A stretch of DNA of 63,326 nucleotides, the filler included, from Aduncisulcus paluster (lineage: Eukaryota), in assembly GCA_024181965.1 (NCBI GenBank). It is 5 parts of 5 records of this genome, joined end to end, with 100 filler letters (N's around TTAATTAATTAA, not from the genome) between each part and the next. Parts side by side here need not be neighbours in the genome. Positions count along the whole stretch, not along the records: positions 1 to 24,997 come from BQXS01010121.1; 4 more parts are not named here. One strand, written 5' to 3'. Shown here piece after piece: positions 11,801-21,341 of this stretch. How positions within the stretch are numbered: position 1 is the stretch's first letter; each line of letters opens with the position of its first letter. The notes beneath the pieces were generated by a model. It had not been told where the DNA came from, ran no database searches, and saw nothing but the letters and a program-made list of their open reading frames with translations. The position numbers and the translations under genes are program-made.

Positions 11801-12902
11801 TCTTCCTTATTTCCTTTGATTTTGTTTTCTTATGCTTGGTCTTAGCTTGAGCGAGGGAAGCACTTTTTGCCTCCTCCTCTTCTTTCTTTCGAAGTTGTTC
11901 CTTGAGTACATCTATTTGTTGGCCCCTATCAATGTCACAGACTGATTCACACTCAGCTACCACACCTGACATGACCCCCAATTTCTCACATTCTTCGAGA
12001 ACTTCCCAAATCGTGGGACGGTAGATAGGGTTCTTAACAAGCATGAAATCAATCATATGATACAAGGAGGAACTATAAGAGCGAGTTTTTTCAGTCTCTT
12101 CACCCTTGGGATAAGAGAACTTACCAGTTCTGATGGCTAAGTTTGTCATTTCCTTATCATATGGAGTGCAAAAGAAAGCTAGTTTATACAAAAGAATTCC
12201 AAGCGCCCATATATCTGTCTTTTCAGTTATTGGGAAACCACTGAACAAATCACACATCTCGGGTGCTCGATAAAACAATGTTGTGGTCTTGCTAATACTT
12301 GATTCGACTTCAGAACGAAGACGAGAATCACGACGGAGTGCTTGACCATCAAAGAAACGTTGAGTGGTACATGAACCAAAATCACACAAACGGACGGCAA
12401 TATCGGCAACCCGAGGAGATACTTCGGCCAAATTGCGAACCTTTCGCTTTGTACACATCAAGATATTCTCCACTTTTATGTCTCTATGTATAATTGGTTT
12501 TGGAGAATTGGAATGCATCGGGCAAATGGCCTTCAAAACAGCAGCAAACATGTGCCAGATAGTGGGTTCAGAGAAACGAGAATCAGAAAAATCAATCATT
12601 AATTCAGCAAGGCTTCCACCAATACACAATTCCATAGCCATATAGAATATAATAGAGCCGGAAGAACCCTTTTTAAATTCACAACTATCAAGAAGAGTTG
12701 GCACACTTCTAATCCCACGAAACTTATTCATAATCGCTATTTCTTTTCTACATTCAGAAACAGCTTTGGAGGACTGGGCTATCACTTTCTTTAGAGCGAC
12801 AGGACTTCCATTACATAGAGCATAATAGACATAGGCATATCCACCTTCCCCTATCAATTTTTGGGGTGAGTAAGTATTCTTTCCAATGATAATATCTTCC
12901 AT
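8886..12902 (-). CDS. NAK-family (AAK1/Ark1-Prk1-like) Ser/Thr kinase with C-terminal ANTH-like domain
   Basis: IGEGGYAYVY, PIIHRDIKVENIL, LCDFGS, TTLFYRAPEM.DL, KTDIWALG; C-terminal KTLHLLILIHSLLREG. About 80 aa are artefactually duplicated at the gap. Confidence 0.9.
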   Translation of the reverse strand: MEDIIIGKNTYSPQKLIGEGGYAYVYYALCNGSPVALKKVIAQSSKAVSECRKEIAIMNKFRGIRSVPTLLDSCEFKKGSSGSIIFYMAMELCIGGSLAELMIDFSDSRFSEPTIWHMFAAVLKAICPMHSNSPKPIIHRDIKVENILMCTKRKVRNLAEVSPRVADIAVRLCDFGSCTTQRFFDGQALRRDSRLRSEVESSISKTTTLFYRAPEMCDLFSGFPITEKTDIWALGILLYKLAFFCTPYDKEMTNLAIRTGKFSYPKGEETEKTRSYSSSLYHMIDFMLVKNPIYRPTIWEVLEECEKLGVMSGVVAECESVCDIDRGQQIDVLKEQLRKKEEEEAKSASLAQAKTKHKKTKSKEIRKTPQSTDDIFDMLSFTQAPSLSTVPDVKEIADTSRPVLRSESTDMDQHHNKDDKYIDHNNNTGDGTGKNADEESSSSESSSELTGPVDADCCKDKDEKGDGGETQSNGFIELKDTSNSGALDGFDLDSTSGHNRPGHDGFESTDKDGFGQEWDDFDDGFDTSADKSGGKEKDIKVSSARMDTDGANPIPFDGSNDDSDLNSEEKQGLLFGREGEEEEEEQQGDNPKQGMVDDSFDAFWSTNADKSIPSDFTAAIPDDTFASGDVFGDAFDIGPDSSVPSIIVSNPKQLEKDLPKPQSTAQPKQAQSGPTSDFSLEHFFDDFTSPRDTQTVTDGKGGDSDWDKAFQMQDNPSQDTTSVKKNPQKVDKPQMISKSSKPLKPISQTKPSTLHPVGPKSLDSNLSSLLMWSDATSSTQGDSHSQDTITISTPISSSDTDSYSSSSSRIIIGPSLKQSKRNSSSSSSSSSLVSESMHMSHHGPLYPSPSLEYSMIIPSRFSSLYTLRLGETPCIKIRSISHVINKILKTKADVKSKYIYKLITHTWQDGKEAAVTILNTIMHKQMNLLHPEKTLHLLILIHSLLRXXXXXXXLRLGETPCIKIRSISHVINKILKTKADVKSKYIYKLITHTWQDGKEAAVTILNTIMHKQMNLLHPEKTLHLLILIHSLLREGSIFVLIVLSSTKYRDWMNSVLSHWSTSVSDSMSVEYLCGLYASVIAQKIELFRQTSTIEGSNSVSIFEDLLWDNVRAELEKKGSDRRPSIYESALTVSNGCGIPFSPKTVRSMLDLCEAGLRLLTQSMLFTEKYRDKRMARDSSAKVRRKDSSAVDDENHEDLGFGCMYRSVRELKTLIGTLVRMIRLGEKVSTEDATFAALITSSSSSPSSSSPKDILSSIPISKASEQSSPMPSFFYECGVRTIGVSHSLCAHLRGCEPDFGDILKEMCQCTPAVWHGGNPKTLVEVADLFPRVKPVHYQK
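9804..10305. repeat. Duplicated overlap around a 20-N gap
   Basis: 9804-10044 is repeated at 10065-10305. Confidence 0.9.
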
Positions 12903-13135
12903 TATAACAAATAATGATGGAAGATAGCCAATAGTGTTTGCAAAACAGCCTGGCCAAGATGTCTAATTCTTTCCCTGACTCGGAGTGGGGCATAACCTGA
13001 AAAGAACAAACAATGAAGAATTAAATATTGTTTATTGTGAATTATTTCTAAAAAGTAGTTATCAACATTATCAGAAAAACAAAGGGGTTGTGAGAAAAAT
13101 ACGAATCAATGATGACATGCTAAAATGGATTAATA

Positions 13136-13831
13136 TTATGATGAATCGTAAGAATACTGTTCATCAGGTCCCTCAAACTCTTTAAAAGAACTTGATTGAA
13201 GTTGAGCATCCTCTTGTGAGTATTCTTGAGCTTCATCGATTCTGCCTTCGGTTAAATCTTTCGATTCATCAATATCGAGTCTTGCATCTTCAATAACAGA
13301 TTCAACAGTATCAAGATCTCTCACATTTTCTCTGAGAATTTCTTTCTGTTGTCTGTGTTCACTCGTGGATCGACATTCTTCTTCGCTACTCGGGTCTTGA
13401 TTTTTCTTTGGGGCGAAATGTTCATACGAAGAGTGGTCATATTCGCGGGAATATTCGTCATCCCTGGGAGATTCATCTTCATCGTCATCTTCAATGACTG
13501 GAGGGGGCCACTTTGCAGGTCCACCACAAACAACACCAACAGAGTTTCCACTGCTCATAAGAGCAATGTAATCCTTTCCATTGCTTGATGGGGCGGTTGA
13601 AACATATCGTGATTCAATGTATCCTTCTTCCTGCATATAACCATCTTCATCTTCGCCCTGATCATCACGGGCATATTCAAAATAAATTGGAACACGATGT
13701 ACATGCCCACAAAAGGCAAGATTACTGATGCGTTTAAAAGGTTGGGCTCTTTGGGGTACAACGTTATGTATATCCATATCATCAACAGAAACAACATCAC
13801 CAGCTCCTGATTTAGATGCTCCGGCTCCCAT
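13136..13831 (-). CDS. Hypothetical acidic protein with N-myristoylation-like start
   Basis: 231-aa ORF beginning MGAGAS (MGxxxS). Confidence 0.7.
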   Translation of the reverse strand: MGAGASKSGAGDVVSVDDMDIHNVVPQRAQPFKRISNLAFCGHVHRVPIYFEYARDDQGEDEDGYMQEEGYIESRYVSTAPSSNGKDYIALMSSGNSVGVVCGGPAKWPPPVIEDDDEDESPRDDEYSREYDHSSYEHFAPKKNQDPSSEEECRSTSEHRQQKEILRENVRDLDTVESVIEDARLDIDESKDLTEGRIDEAQEYSQEDAQLQSSSFKEFEGPDEQYSYDSS

Positions 13832-14155
13832 ATTTTATGTTATTAGTATTAATTCTATATAAATATTTATAAATCAACAGATGTAATCACTCGGATTGGA
13901 AATTCAACGAGAATACTTGTTTATCAGAATATAAGAAACAAATATTATTAATGAAAGTAAAAAATGCTGGAATTTAATTCCAATAGGGAGGAATATGTGT
14001 CAAAATCAAGTGTGAATTGAAAAACATTTCTAAATTCTGTATAAGACCCTTTATTTTGGTATTAGCAAATAAAAGTTGAATAAAAATAACGTATCCATTT
14101 TACTATTTGATAGATGGAGGAGGTTGAAAAGAGCAATAGCTCAGAGTAAAAATCA

Positions 14156-15193
14156 TTAGCGCCAACCTCCCCACAATCGCCTAAAAAACCGTGACACGGC
14201 ATTTCCACCTTCACCTCCGGAGCTTCGTCCATCATCATGTGATGATCTCCCTGAACCAGAATCTCTTGGTCCCCTTCCTCGGTGTCTTGGAGGAGGTTCA
14301 TCACTGACGGCATAATAATCGGTTGGCCTTCTATAAGTTGGTAAAAGATGTTTGAAATACTCAACTGGTTCAAATGTTGCATCAGGATGTTGGGTTCCAT
14401 TGAATAATCCTTTTATATAAACACGCTCACATGTTTCTTTCTCCAGAACATGAACAAAAGTCATATGTTCACCATTGGTAAGTTCAACGGCAGCAACAAC
14501 ACGCACGTGATTTGAACATAACTTTAATACGAGATTGAATGGAGGATGAGTGAGTGAAAATCGCGATTTGTTAAAAGCAGGATGAAATACCCATTGAATT
14601 TTCTTAATTGAGGGCACAGGTGCGCCAAGAACTGAACTAACGGGTGGAGGAACAACCTGAAGCTGAATATTGAACCATCCAGTTGCACGCAATCCGAGAG
14701 ACAAAACTTCAGGTGATGGCTCTGAGGGAACAGCGATATTCTTGATCTTCCATAATCTTGTACTAAATTGATCCATTGAAATTGTTCTTTTACAAATGGG
14801 ACATAAATCGTGATTGTAATGAAGCCATTCAAGCAAGCAGTGACTGTGGAATTGATGTTTGCATGGCATTGTGATTATCGAAGAGGCAGGAATATCCCTT
14901 TTTGGATTAATATTATCAAGGCATACAGCACATTGCTCAAGTTCATCACTATCTTCCTCTTCATGGCCATCTTCTTCGTCTTTCACAGCTTCTTCTCTGA
15001 CTTCATCACCGGATAGTTTCAACCCACCAATTCCAGCTCCAACTACTGGCGGTCTAACTTTTGATTCTTCGTCTTCTTCTGATTTGATTGAGATTGTGTC
15101 GGTTGGAGGGTGGGGAACCGGATGAGAGGAGGGGAGAGGAATATGGGTAGGAGCTGATGGAATATCATCATGAATTTCTTCTTCACTTTCCAT
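14156..15193 (-). CDS. RING-H2 protein with YEATS-like domain
   Basis: CAVC...CKHQFHSHC...CPIC (RING-H2); IKKIQWVFHPAF....LTHPPFNL resembles the YEATS core. Confidence 0.8.
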   Translation of the reverse strand: MESEEEIHDDIPSAPTHIPLPSSHPVPHPPTDTISIKSEEDEESKVRPPVVGAGIGGLKLSGDEVREEAVKDEEDGHEEEDSDELEQCAVCLDNINPKRDIPASSIITMPCKHQFHSHCLLEWLHYNHDLCPICKRTISMDQFSTRLWKIKNIAVPSEPSPEVLSLGLRATGWFNIQLQVVPPPVSSVLGAPVPSIKKIQWVFHPAFNKSRFSLTHPPFNLVLKLCSNHVRVVAAVELTNGEHMTFVHVLEKETCERVYIKGLFNGTQHPDATFEPVEYFKHLLPTYRRPTDYYAVSDEPPPRHRGRGPRDSGSGRSSHDDGRSSGGEGGNAVSRFFRRLWGGWR

Positions 15194-15837
15194 TTTGGGC
15201 TTTGAAAATTGTTATGGTTTTAAAATTAAAAAAATAATATGAATTTAGATGTTGGTTAACGGGGATGTCAATGAGAAAAATAGACTTCGTCGATCCTTTA
15301 TGGAAATAAACGAAAATAAAACAAGAAGGTCTAAGCTATAACTAACGCAAACAAAAGGGAAATGTAGTATTTGCCGGGAAGAATTAATAGTTAGTACTTC
15401 GAACGAACAAACGAACCTTAAAGGTCCCATTATAATAGTTATGTAATTACTCTCTTTTTTTCAAAGCGATATGAAATAAGAGAAATGGAAAAACGGTCTG
15501 ATGACAATGATAGTCATCAATTTTGTTCCATTTCAATAAAACTTTAATAAGTCAAGAAATCCCAATAAATTCAGAGATTAAACTCAAGAAATCATAAGAA
15601 AAATGTATCAGTAAAAGTGAAAAATAGGGAAAAATTATGGATCAGACCTTTACAGCGCAGCAAAAGCCAATTTTCACTTAGAGGGAGAATTTTTAATGCT
15701 GAAAAAAATACAACGGTTTATTATTTTGATATCATTGGTTTTATAAAAACTTTATAATTTTAATTTCCAAATACTGTCAAAACAGGGATAGTTGGAAAAA
15801 AAAAAGAAATACTGTTCGATTTTCTTTGCTTTCACAC

Positions 15838-16035
15838 ATGTGCCACTGCTACTGTAGACTTTGTATGTTAATATTTGTTTTGGTTTTTGTCGTTCCATGA
15901 AATTTTTTGCTTTACATCCATACTTTCATCAATCATTGTTTCCTTATAGTCATTGCATTAAGTTTTCTCATATCTTTTGGTTTGGCTACCCTCTTCGGTA
16001 TTGGGTGGTTACTCTTGGGGGATGGTTTTGATTAA
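15838..16035 (+). CDS. Putative 36-aa single-TM microprotein, 2 exons (15838-15862, 15950-16035)
   Basis: Intron GTATGT...ATAG at 15863-15949; spliced product MCHCYCRLFIALSFLISFGLATLFGIGWLLLGDGFD. Confidence 0.55.
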
Positions 16036-16188
16036 TGTTTACTATTATGACATCTGCCACTACCGTAGTGTACAAGTGACTAGGATATAAATTTCCAACT
16101 AAACAGTCCATATTCTCCTTTTTTATTCTCAATATTTAATAAATAACGTAAATTGTTGCCATATTTTGACAATATTTAGTTCGAATTC

Positions 16189-16914
16189 CTACCACACCAA
16201 TTCATCGCCGTCAACAGCACATTCTATTGAATAGGATGCTGTTTTCTTCGTTGATCTCGATTCAATTCCCTTAATATCTTGTTGAGTTCCCTTTTTAATT
16301 CCCTTATCAAGTAATTTCACAGGATCTGGATGGTGGGGGATCGATTGAAGAATCCTATCGAATACGTCAGAAAATACCTGATAAAGATTATATTCTGTCT
16401 TCGCACTAACTGGAAAAAATGGCATATGACGTCCAGCTGCCCATTCTTGGGCAGATGCCTCAGGAACAATCCAATCAAGATCAGATTTCATTCCAACAAG
16501 AACAAAACGACGTTGGCTTGGATGAGGGATTAAATGAAGTAATTTCTTGTAAATAGTGGTTAAATATGTTAGAGATTCTTGATTTGAAACATCATAACAC
16601 AGGATAAATCCTGCACATCCAGAACAAAGACTCAGTATCATATCCTCATATTTTTCTAATCCATTTACATCCCAATATTGAACACGAAACAGACGTCCAA
16701 GAAGCGGATAGATCTTTGTTTTGAAAGTAATGCCTGGCTCATGAACAGGAAAATCATATTGGAATTTTTCAAGGGTGGGATCAGCATCTTTGTCAGGGCC
16801 TTCCGTTAATGTAATATATCCTTTTAATAACGATGTTTTACCAGATCTGGACGCTCCTAATATTGCAATCTTTAAAGAATGAGCGTATTTGGCGTTATCT
16901 GGGTAGAGATCCAT
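16189..16914 (-). CDS. Divergent Rab-like small GTPase
   Basis: G1 GASRSGKT, G3 WDVNGLE, G4 GMKSD, G5 VSAK; no C-terminal prenylation motif. Confidence 0.85.
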   Translation of the reverse strand: MDLYPDNAKYAHSLKIAILGASRSGKTSLLKGYITLTEGPDKDADPTLEKFQYDFPVHEPGITFKTKIYPLLGRLFRVQYWDVNGLEKYEDMILSLCSGCAGFILCYDVSNQESLTYLTTIYKKLLHLIPHPSQRRFVLVGMKSDLDWIVPEASAQEWAAGRHMPFFPVSAKTEYNLYQVFSDVFDRILQSIPHHPDPVKLLDKGIKKGTQQDIKGIESRSTKKTASYSIECAVDGDELVW

Positions 16915-17141
16915 CTAAAATGAGTAAAAAAATAATTAACAATGTATGAAGTTATTTTGTTGAGGCAATTTAATAATGATTACCAAAAAAAAAGGTATTT
17001 TTATCGTTTGATATGTCGAGAAAACCGGATTTCGGCTTCCAAGCACCAAGAACTCGTGCTTGAACTAGTATGAGAGTCTCATGATTAATAATTGGGTTGT
17101 ATCCATGCAGTTTATATTTATTTATATATAATGAATATTTA

Positions 17142-17855
17142 TTATTCAGCTATTATACTGGCAAGGTCATAGACCATTCCAATGCACAGTTTTTCCAATT
17201 CTGCCCATAAATAATGAGAGGCTTCATCATACACACCAATTACCTTCATTCCACATGCAATGGCTGCCTTGGCTCCAGTAACGGTGTCCTCAATAGCAAC
17301 AGCATCTTTCCCATCAATTCCAAGGGAAGAGAGACATGCTTCATATACATCGGGATGAGGTTTAGGATGAGCGACTTCGAATGAAGAGAATGCGGCTTTG
17401 AAATACTTTCTCATTCCTCTTTCATCAAGAACAACCTTAGTTAGTTCCTTGGTAAGGTTAGTGGCTAATCCAACCAATTTCTCTGATTTTTCCAAATAAT
17501 CGATCAATTTTTCGAATCCGGGGCGAATGGGAGTGTGAGATTCGGATAAATAAAGATCTCTAGCAATCTCATTCCACTTATCAATGATTTGTTCTGGAGT
17601 TAAGGGAATTGAATATCTACTCTGGGTATATGATGCAGATTCGTGGCAAGACGACATACTACGAACAACTCTGGTATAATCATCTGTCAATTCAATGCCA
17701 TATAATCCAAGAAAGCGAGTATTGATAATATTCCAAATCTTCATACTAAACAAGATTGTACCATCAAGATCAAATATAGTAGCAGATGAGGATTTAATTG
17801 TTTCTCTAATAATATCTAGATTTTTATCATCAGGGATGGAAACAGTGAAGGTCAT
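17142..17855 (-). CDS. HAD-superfamily phosphatase (subfamily IA, beta-PGM-like)
   Basis: IFDLDGT, LATN, KPHPDVY, IEDT..G..AA..CGM motifs I-IV. Confidence 0.9.
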   Translation of the reverse strand: MTFTVSIPDDKNLDIIRETIKSSSATIFDLDGTILFSMKIWNIINTRFLGLYGIELTDDYTRVVRSMSSCHESASYTQSRYSIPLTPEQIIDKWNEIARDLYLSESHTPIRPGFEKLIDYLEKSEKLVGLATNLTKELTKVVLDERGMRKYFKAAFSSFEVAHPKPHPDVYEACLSSLGIDGKDAVAIEDTVTGAKAAIACGMKVIGVYDEASHYLWAELEKLCIGMVYDLASIIAE

Positions 17856-18100
17856 TGTTATTTATCTTTGAATTAAATATGAGGGAGAATAAGATAAGAT
17901 TTAATAAGATTGATAATAATTAATTATTATTTCAACCAGAAAAAATTGTCTTACGGACCAAAAGTCAGTTTTCTGACATCTGATTGCTCACCTGCACAAG
18001 AAAATTCGAAAAATGGGCTGGTTAGCTTTATTGAGCAAAATAAGAATCAAAAATCGGGTGTAATAAATTAGAAATTCACAAAAAAAAGTTAACTATGAAA

Positions 18101-18535
18101 TTACTTGCCAAGACCAGTCATCTTCTTGAAGGCATAGTTGGTGGCCATTTTGGTACCCTTCTGGATCATTTGCTCTCCTTGTTCAAACAGATCATCAATC
18201 TCTCCTTCATAACGTCTATACAAAGGCAATAAATACTGGCAAATGATTTGAGCACCGGTCTTTCCTCCGCTAACTGGGAGTTGCATCCAACAGAAGAATC
18301 CGATTTTACACAGGTAGTAAGTTCCACCGAGGATGGAGCCGAAGATAACATCAAGAATAGATTCAACCAAATAGAAAAGTCCATAGCAGATCCAGTAAAT
18401 CAACCACTGAACATCATCAGCTTTGGAAACAGTGGCGACAGCCTTGAAGGAGGCAATTGCTGGGTAGGCAATACCGACGACAAGACAAATGGGCTTGAGA
18501 AGCCAAACGTTCTTTCCGATGTCTAAAATGGGCAT
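18101..18535 (-). CDS. REEP/YOP1/HVA22 family ER-shaping protein
   Basis: GIAYPAIASFKA, DDVQWLIYW, YYLCKIGFFCWMQLP, GAQII. Confidence 0.9.
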   Translation of the reverse strand: MPILDIGKNVWLLKPICLVVGIAYPAIASFKAVATVSKADDVQWLIYWICYGLFYLVESILDVIFGSILGGTYYLCKIGFFCWMQLPVSGGKTGAQIICQYLLPLYRRYEGEIDDLFEQGEQMIQKGTKMATNYAFKKMTGLGK

Positions 18536-19625
18536 ATTAATAAATGGATGAGTTGCAAAAAAATATGTCGCCAGAATCCGAGCAGGGTATAATATGGTTC
18601 CGAGAAGAATTCAAATAGAATTCGTATATAATCCAGAAATAGCATCCTTATTTTAATTTTTTACTGTATGAATAATGTTGATTGGCTCGGGAACTGCTCT
18701 CTCCTCTAAAAGACCAATTTGTCATATAAAAATATAGATTTCAATGCCATTAAATTTCAATCATGGGTGAACATACAATAATTCTATAAAAAATGGAATT
18801 TATGCATAAGAAATTGGTATCAACACCGACACTCATTGCTCGACCCTAAGATGTAAACTTCCGAAAAAGAAAGGTCAAGATTTTATTAAACAAACATATT
18901 GAAATTGATAGAGAGAATATGTGAAGGTTATTTCCGTGACTCACTTACATTTGAAATGTCAAAAAAATTCCAAGTCAAAAAAATTGGTTTTGACTCCATG
19001 ATAAGAGCCATCAAATAACAAAAATGTTAATCCATTCTTTGTATATTCATCAATGAGGGTTTATGGACGAATATTGAATCCCTTTCAAAGGGATTTCAAG
19101 TTGATATAGATAAACCCTCTTTTCAATTCTATTCTCTGACTATCACCAAATATTAGAAAGAGTTTATCCATTTTCTGGCGATTGTGTTTTTATATTAATT
19201 GGATTTGACCAGGATTTATAACACTTTCTTATCGGCATTCCAGGAGGGAAATTTCCCATTTTATTAATGATTTTTTCTCTATCTCTCTAAATCAAAATAT
19301 ATTTGTCGCTTTAAGGGACAATTATCCTCTTGTGGATAGTCTGACTGGATGTCAACCTAAAGTACCTCTATTCAACAATGGCTTGATCTTTTTATTCTAA
19401 TTGTATTAATATTAATGGCAATTTATATTATAAAAAAAAAATTCATTTTTAATTTTTTGATGATTCAATCGGGATTATTTATTGTTGATTATCTTTCAAC
19501 GATCAGATTTTGTATGTGACGTCTGTCTCTTTTTTGTTTGCATTTGTCACATTTTTGGAAAGTAGAAGTTTATTTCTTGCCATATTTTCCTCTGAAAGCA
19601 TTATTAAATCGATATATTAATCTAA

Positions 19626-21341
19626 ATGCCCGAAACTACATCAACCAAATCAATGGATGAAATTCCATCTCAGGATTTCAAAGATGATTCTGAGTCATCT
19701 GAAACTGACCAAAAAGATGGTTCTTTGCTTTCTTATGATCTTCTTAAACGTCTTCAACACTCTGCTAAACATGCTCGTCAACGTGGAATTGTCCTTCCAA
19801 CTCTTGAGCAACAACAAAATCCATCATTGATTCCTGATGAAATTCGTTCATCTTTGAAATCTATTAATCCTGAAGCTCTTGATCCTCTGAATTTGTTTCG
19901 AATCAACTGGTATAATGATGGAAAAGGTGGGTTTTCTGATATTCCTGCCCATATCGTTCTTCCTCCTTCCCTTACTGGACTTAAGTGTAAGGTTGCTGTC
20001 ATGCTTGGAGCCTTTTTCCCAACTGGAGCCCACAAGGTTGGAGCTACGTATTCTGTTCTCTCTGACAAACTTGTCACTGGAGCGTTCGATCCATCAAAGC
20101 ATACAGCCGTGTTTCCATCAACTGGAAATTATGCTCGTGGAGGAGCTTTCAATAGTAGCCTCCTCGGTTGTAAAAGTGTAAGCATTTTGCCCAAGCGGAT
20201 GTCACGGGAGCGGTTTGAAGACTTAGCCAAATTGGGAAGTTCGATTATCAAAACTCCCGGTATTGAATCTTCTATCAAGGAAGTATTTGACACTGCTGAT
20301 CGTCTCGTTCGTGAGGATCCCGAGAATGTCGTTGTTCTGAATCAGTTTACTGCTCTTGAGAACAGCATGTGGCATTACAACTGTACTGGACCTGCATTGG
20401 AAAGTGTCTTCGAGGCCGTTCGTGGTGAACGTGATGAGCTTAGTGGTGTATTCATGTGTGCTGGAAGTGCTGGAACTCTTGGTGGTGGTACTTACCTCGT
20501 TGACAAGTATCCTGGCGTCAAGTGTGGTGTTGGTGAAGCTATTCAATGTCCTACTATGATGTCCAACGGGTTTGGGGAGCATAGAATTGAAGGAATCGGT
20601 GATAAGCACGTTCCATGGATATTCAAGGCCCGTACACCCTCTCTCATTGCCGGAATTGATGATAACCATGTTATGCGTGTGTTCAGACTCTTTAATGAGC
20701 CCGCTGGAAGAGCCTATCTGCGTAAGACATGCCCTGATATCGATGAGGCCTTCATTGAATCATTATCCTTGCTTGGTATCAGCTCTGTTGCTAATATTCT
20801 CGGTGCCCTGAGTATGAGTCGTTATTACGAGTATGGACCCGGTGATGTTGTGGTCACTGTTGCCACAGATACGTCCAGACTCTACCACAGTCGTCTTGAA
20901 ACATTGAGGATGACACAGAGAACAACTGAACACATTGCCACCGCTGACAAAGCTGACGATGAGCTTTACTCGGAAATACATGCCTCTTATGATGCCAAAC
21001 TTCTTCGTGGAGAGGCTCCTCTTGTTGTCAAGGAACTCCTGTTCTCTGACAAGAAGCGTATCCACAACCAAAAATACACTGGTTGGGTTGAGCCTGGAAA
21101 GAAAACTATTTCTGAGTTGAAACAGCAGTGGTCTGATAAGTCGTACTGGCAGAAATCATATGCCAAATTCGATGTATTGAATGAACGTATTCAGATGTTC
21201 AATCGTCTCATCTTCGAGGATGCTTGTAAAGAAGGCGATATTGACATGGTTCAGAGAAGTGCCAGTGTATGTGGTATCCTCAATCCTGAGTGTTTGTTGC
21301 ACTCCCATTCTGAGGGTTTGAGCAGCGAAGAGGAGGAATGA
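19626..21341 (+). CDS. Fold-type II PLP-dependent enzyme (cysteine-synthase-like, bacterial type)
   Basis: FPTGAHKVG (PLP lysine), PSTGNY, LNQF, AGSAGT, HRIEGIGDKHVPWI, GISSVAN, TVATD. Confidence 0.85.
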   Translation: MPETTSTKSMDEIPSQDFKDDSESSETDQKDGSLLSYDLLKRLQHSAKHARQRGIVLPTLEQQQNPSLIPDEIRSSLKSINPEALDPLNLFRINWYNDGKGGFSDIPAHIVLPPSLTGLKCKVAVMLGAFFPTGAHKVGATYSVLSDKLVTGAFDPSKHTAVFPSTGNYARGGAFNSSLLGCKSVSILPKRMSRERFEDLAKLGSSIIKTPGIESSIKEVFDTADRLVREDPENVVVLNQFTALENSMWHYNCTGPALESVFEAVRGERDELSGVFMCAGSAGTLGGGTYLVDKYPGVKCGVGEAIQCPTMMSNGFGEHRIEGIGDKHVPWIFKARTPSLIAGIDDNHVMRVFRLFNEPAGRAYLRKTCPDIDEAFIESLSLLGISSVANILGALSMSRYYEYGPGDVVVTVATDTSRLYHSRLETLRMTQRTTEHIATADKADDELYSEIHASYDAKLLRGEAPLVVKELLFSDKKRIHNQKYTGWVEPGKKTISELKQQWSDKSYWQKSYAKFDVLNERIQMFNRLIFEDACKEGDIDMVQRSASVCGILNPECLLHSHSEGLSSEEEE

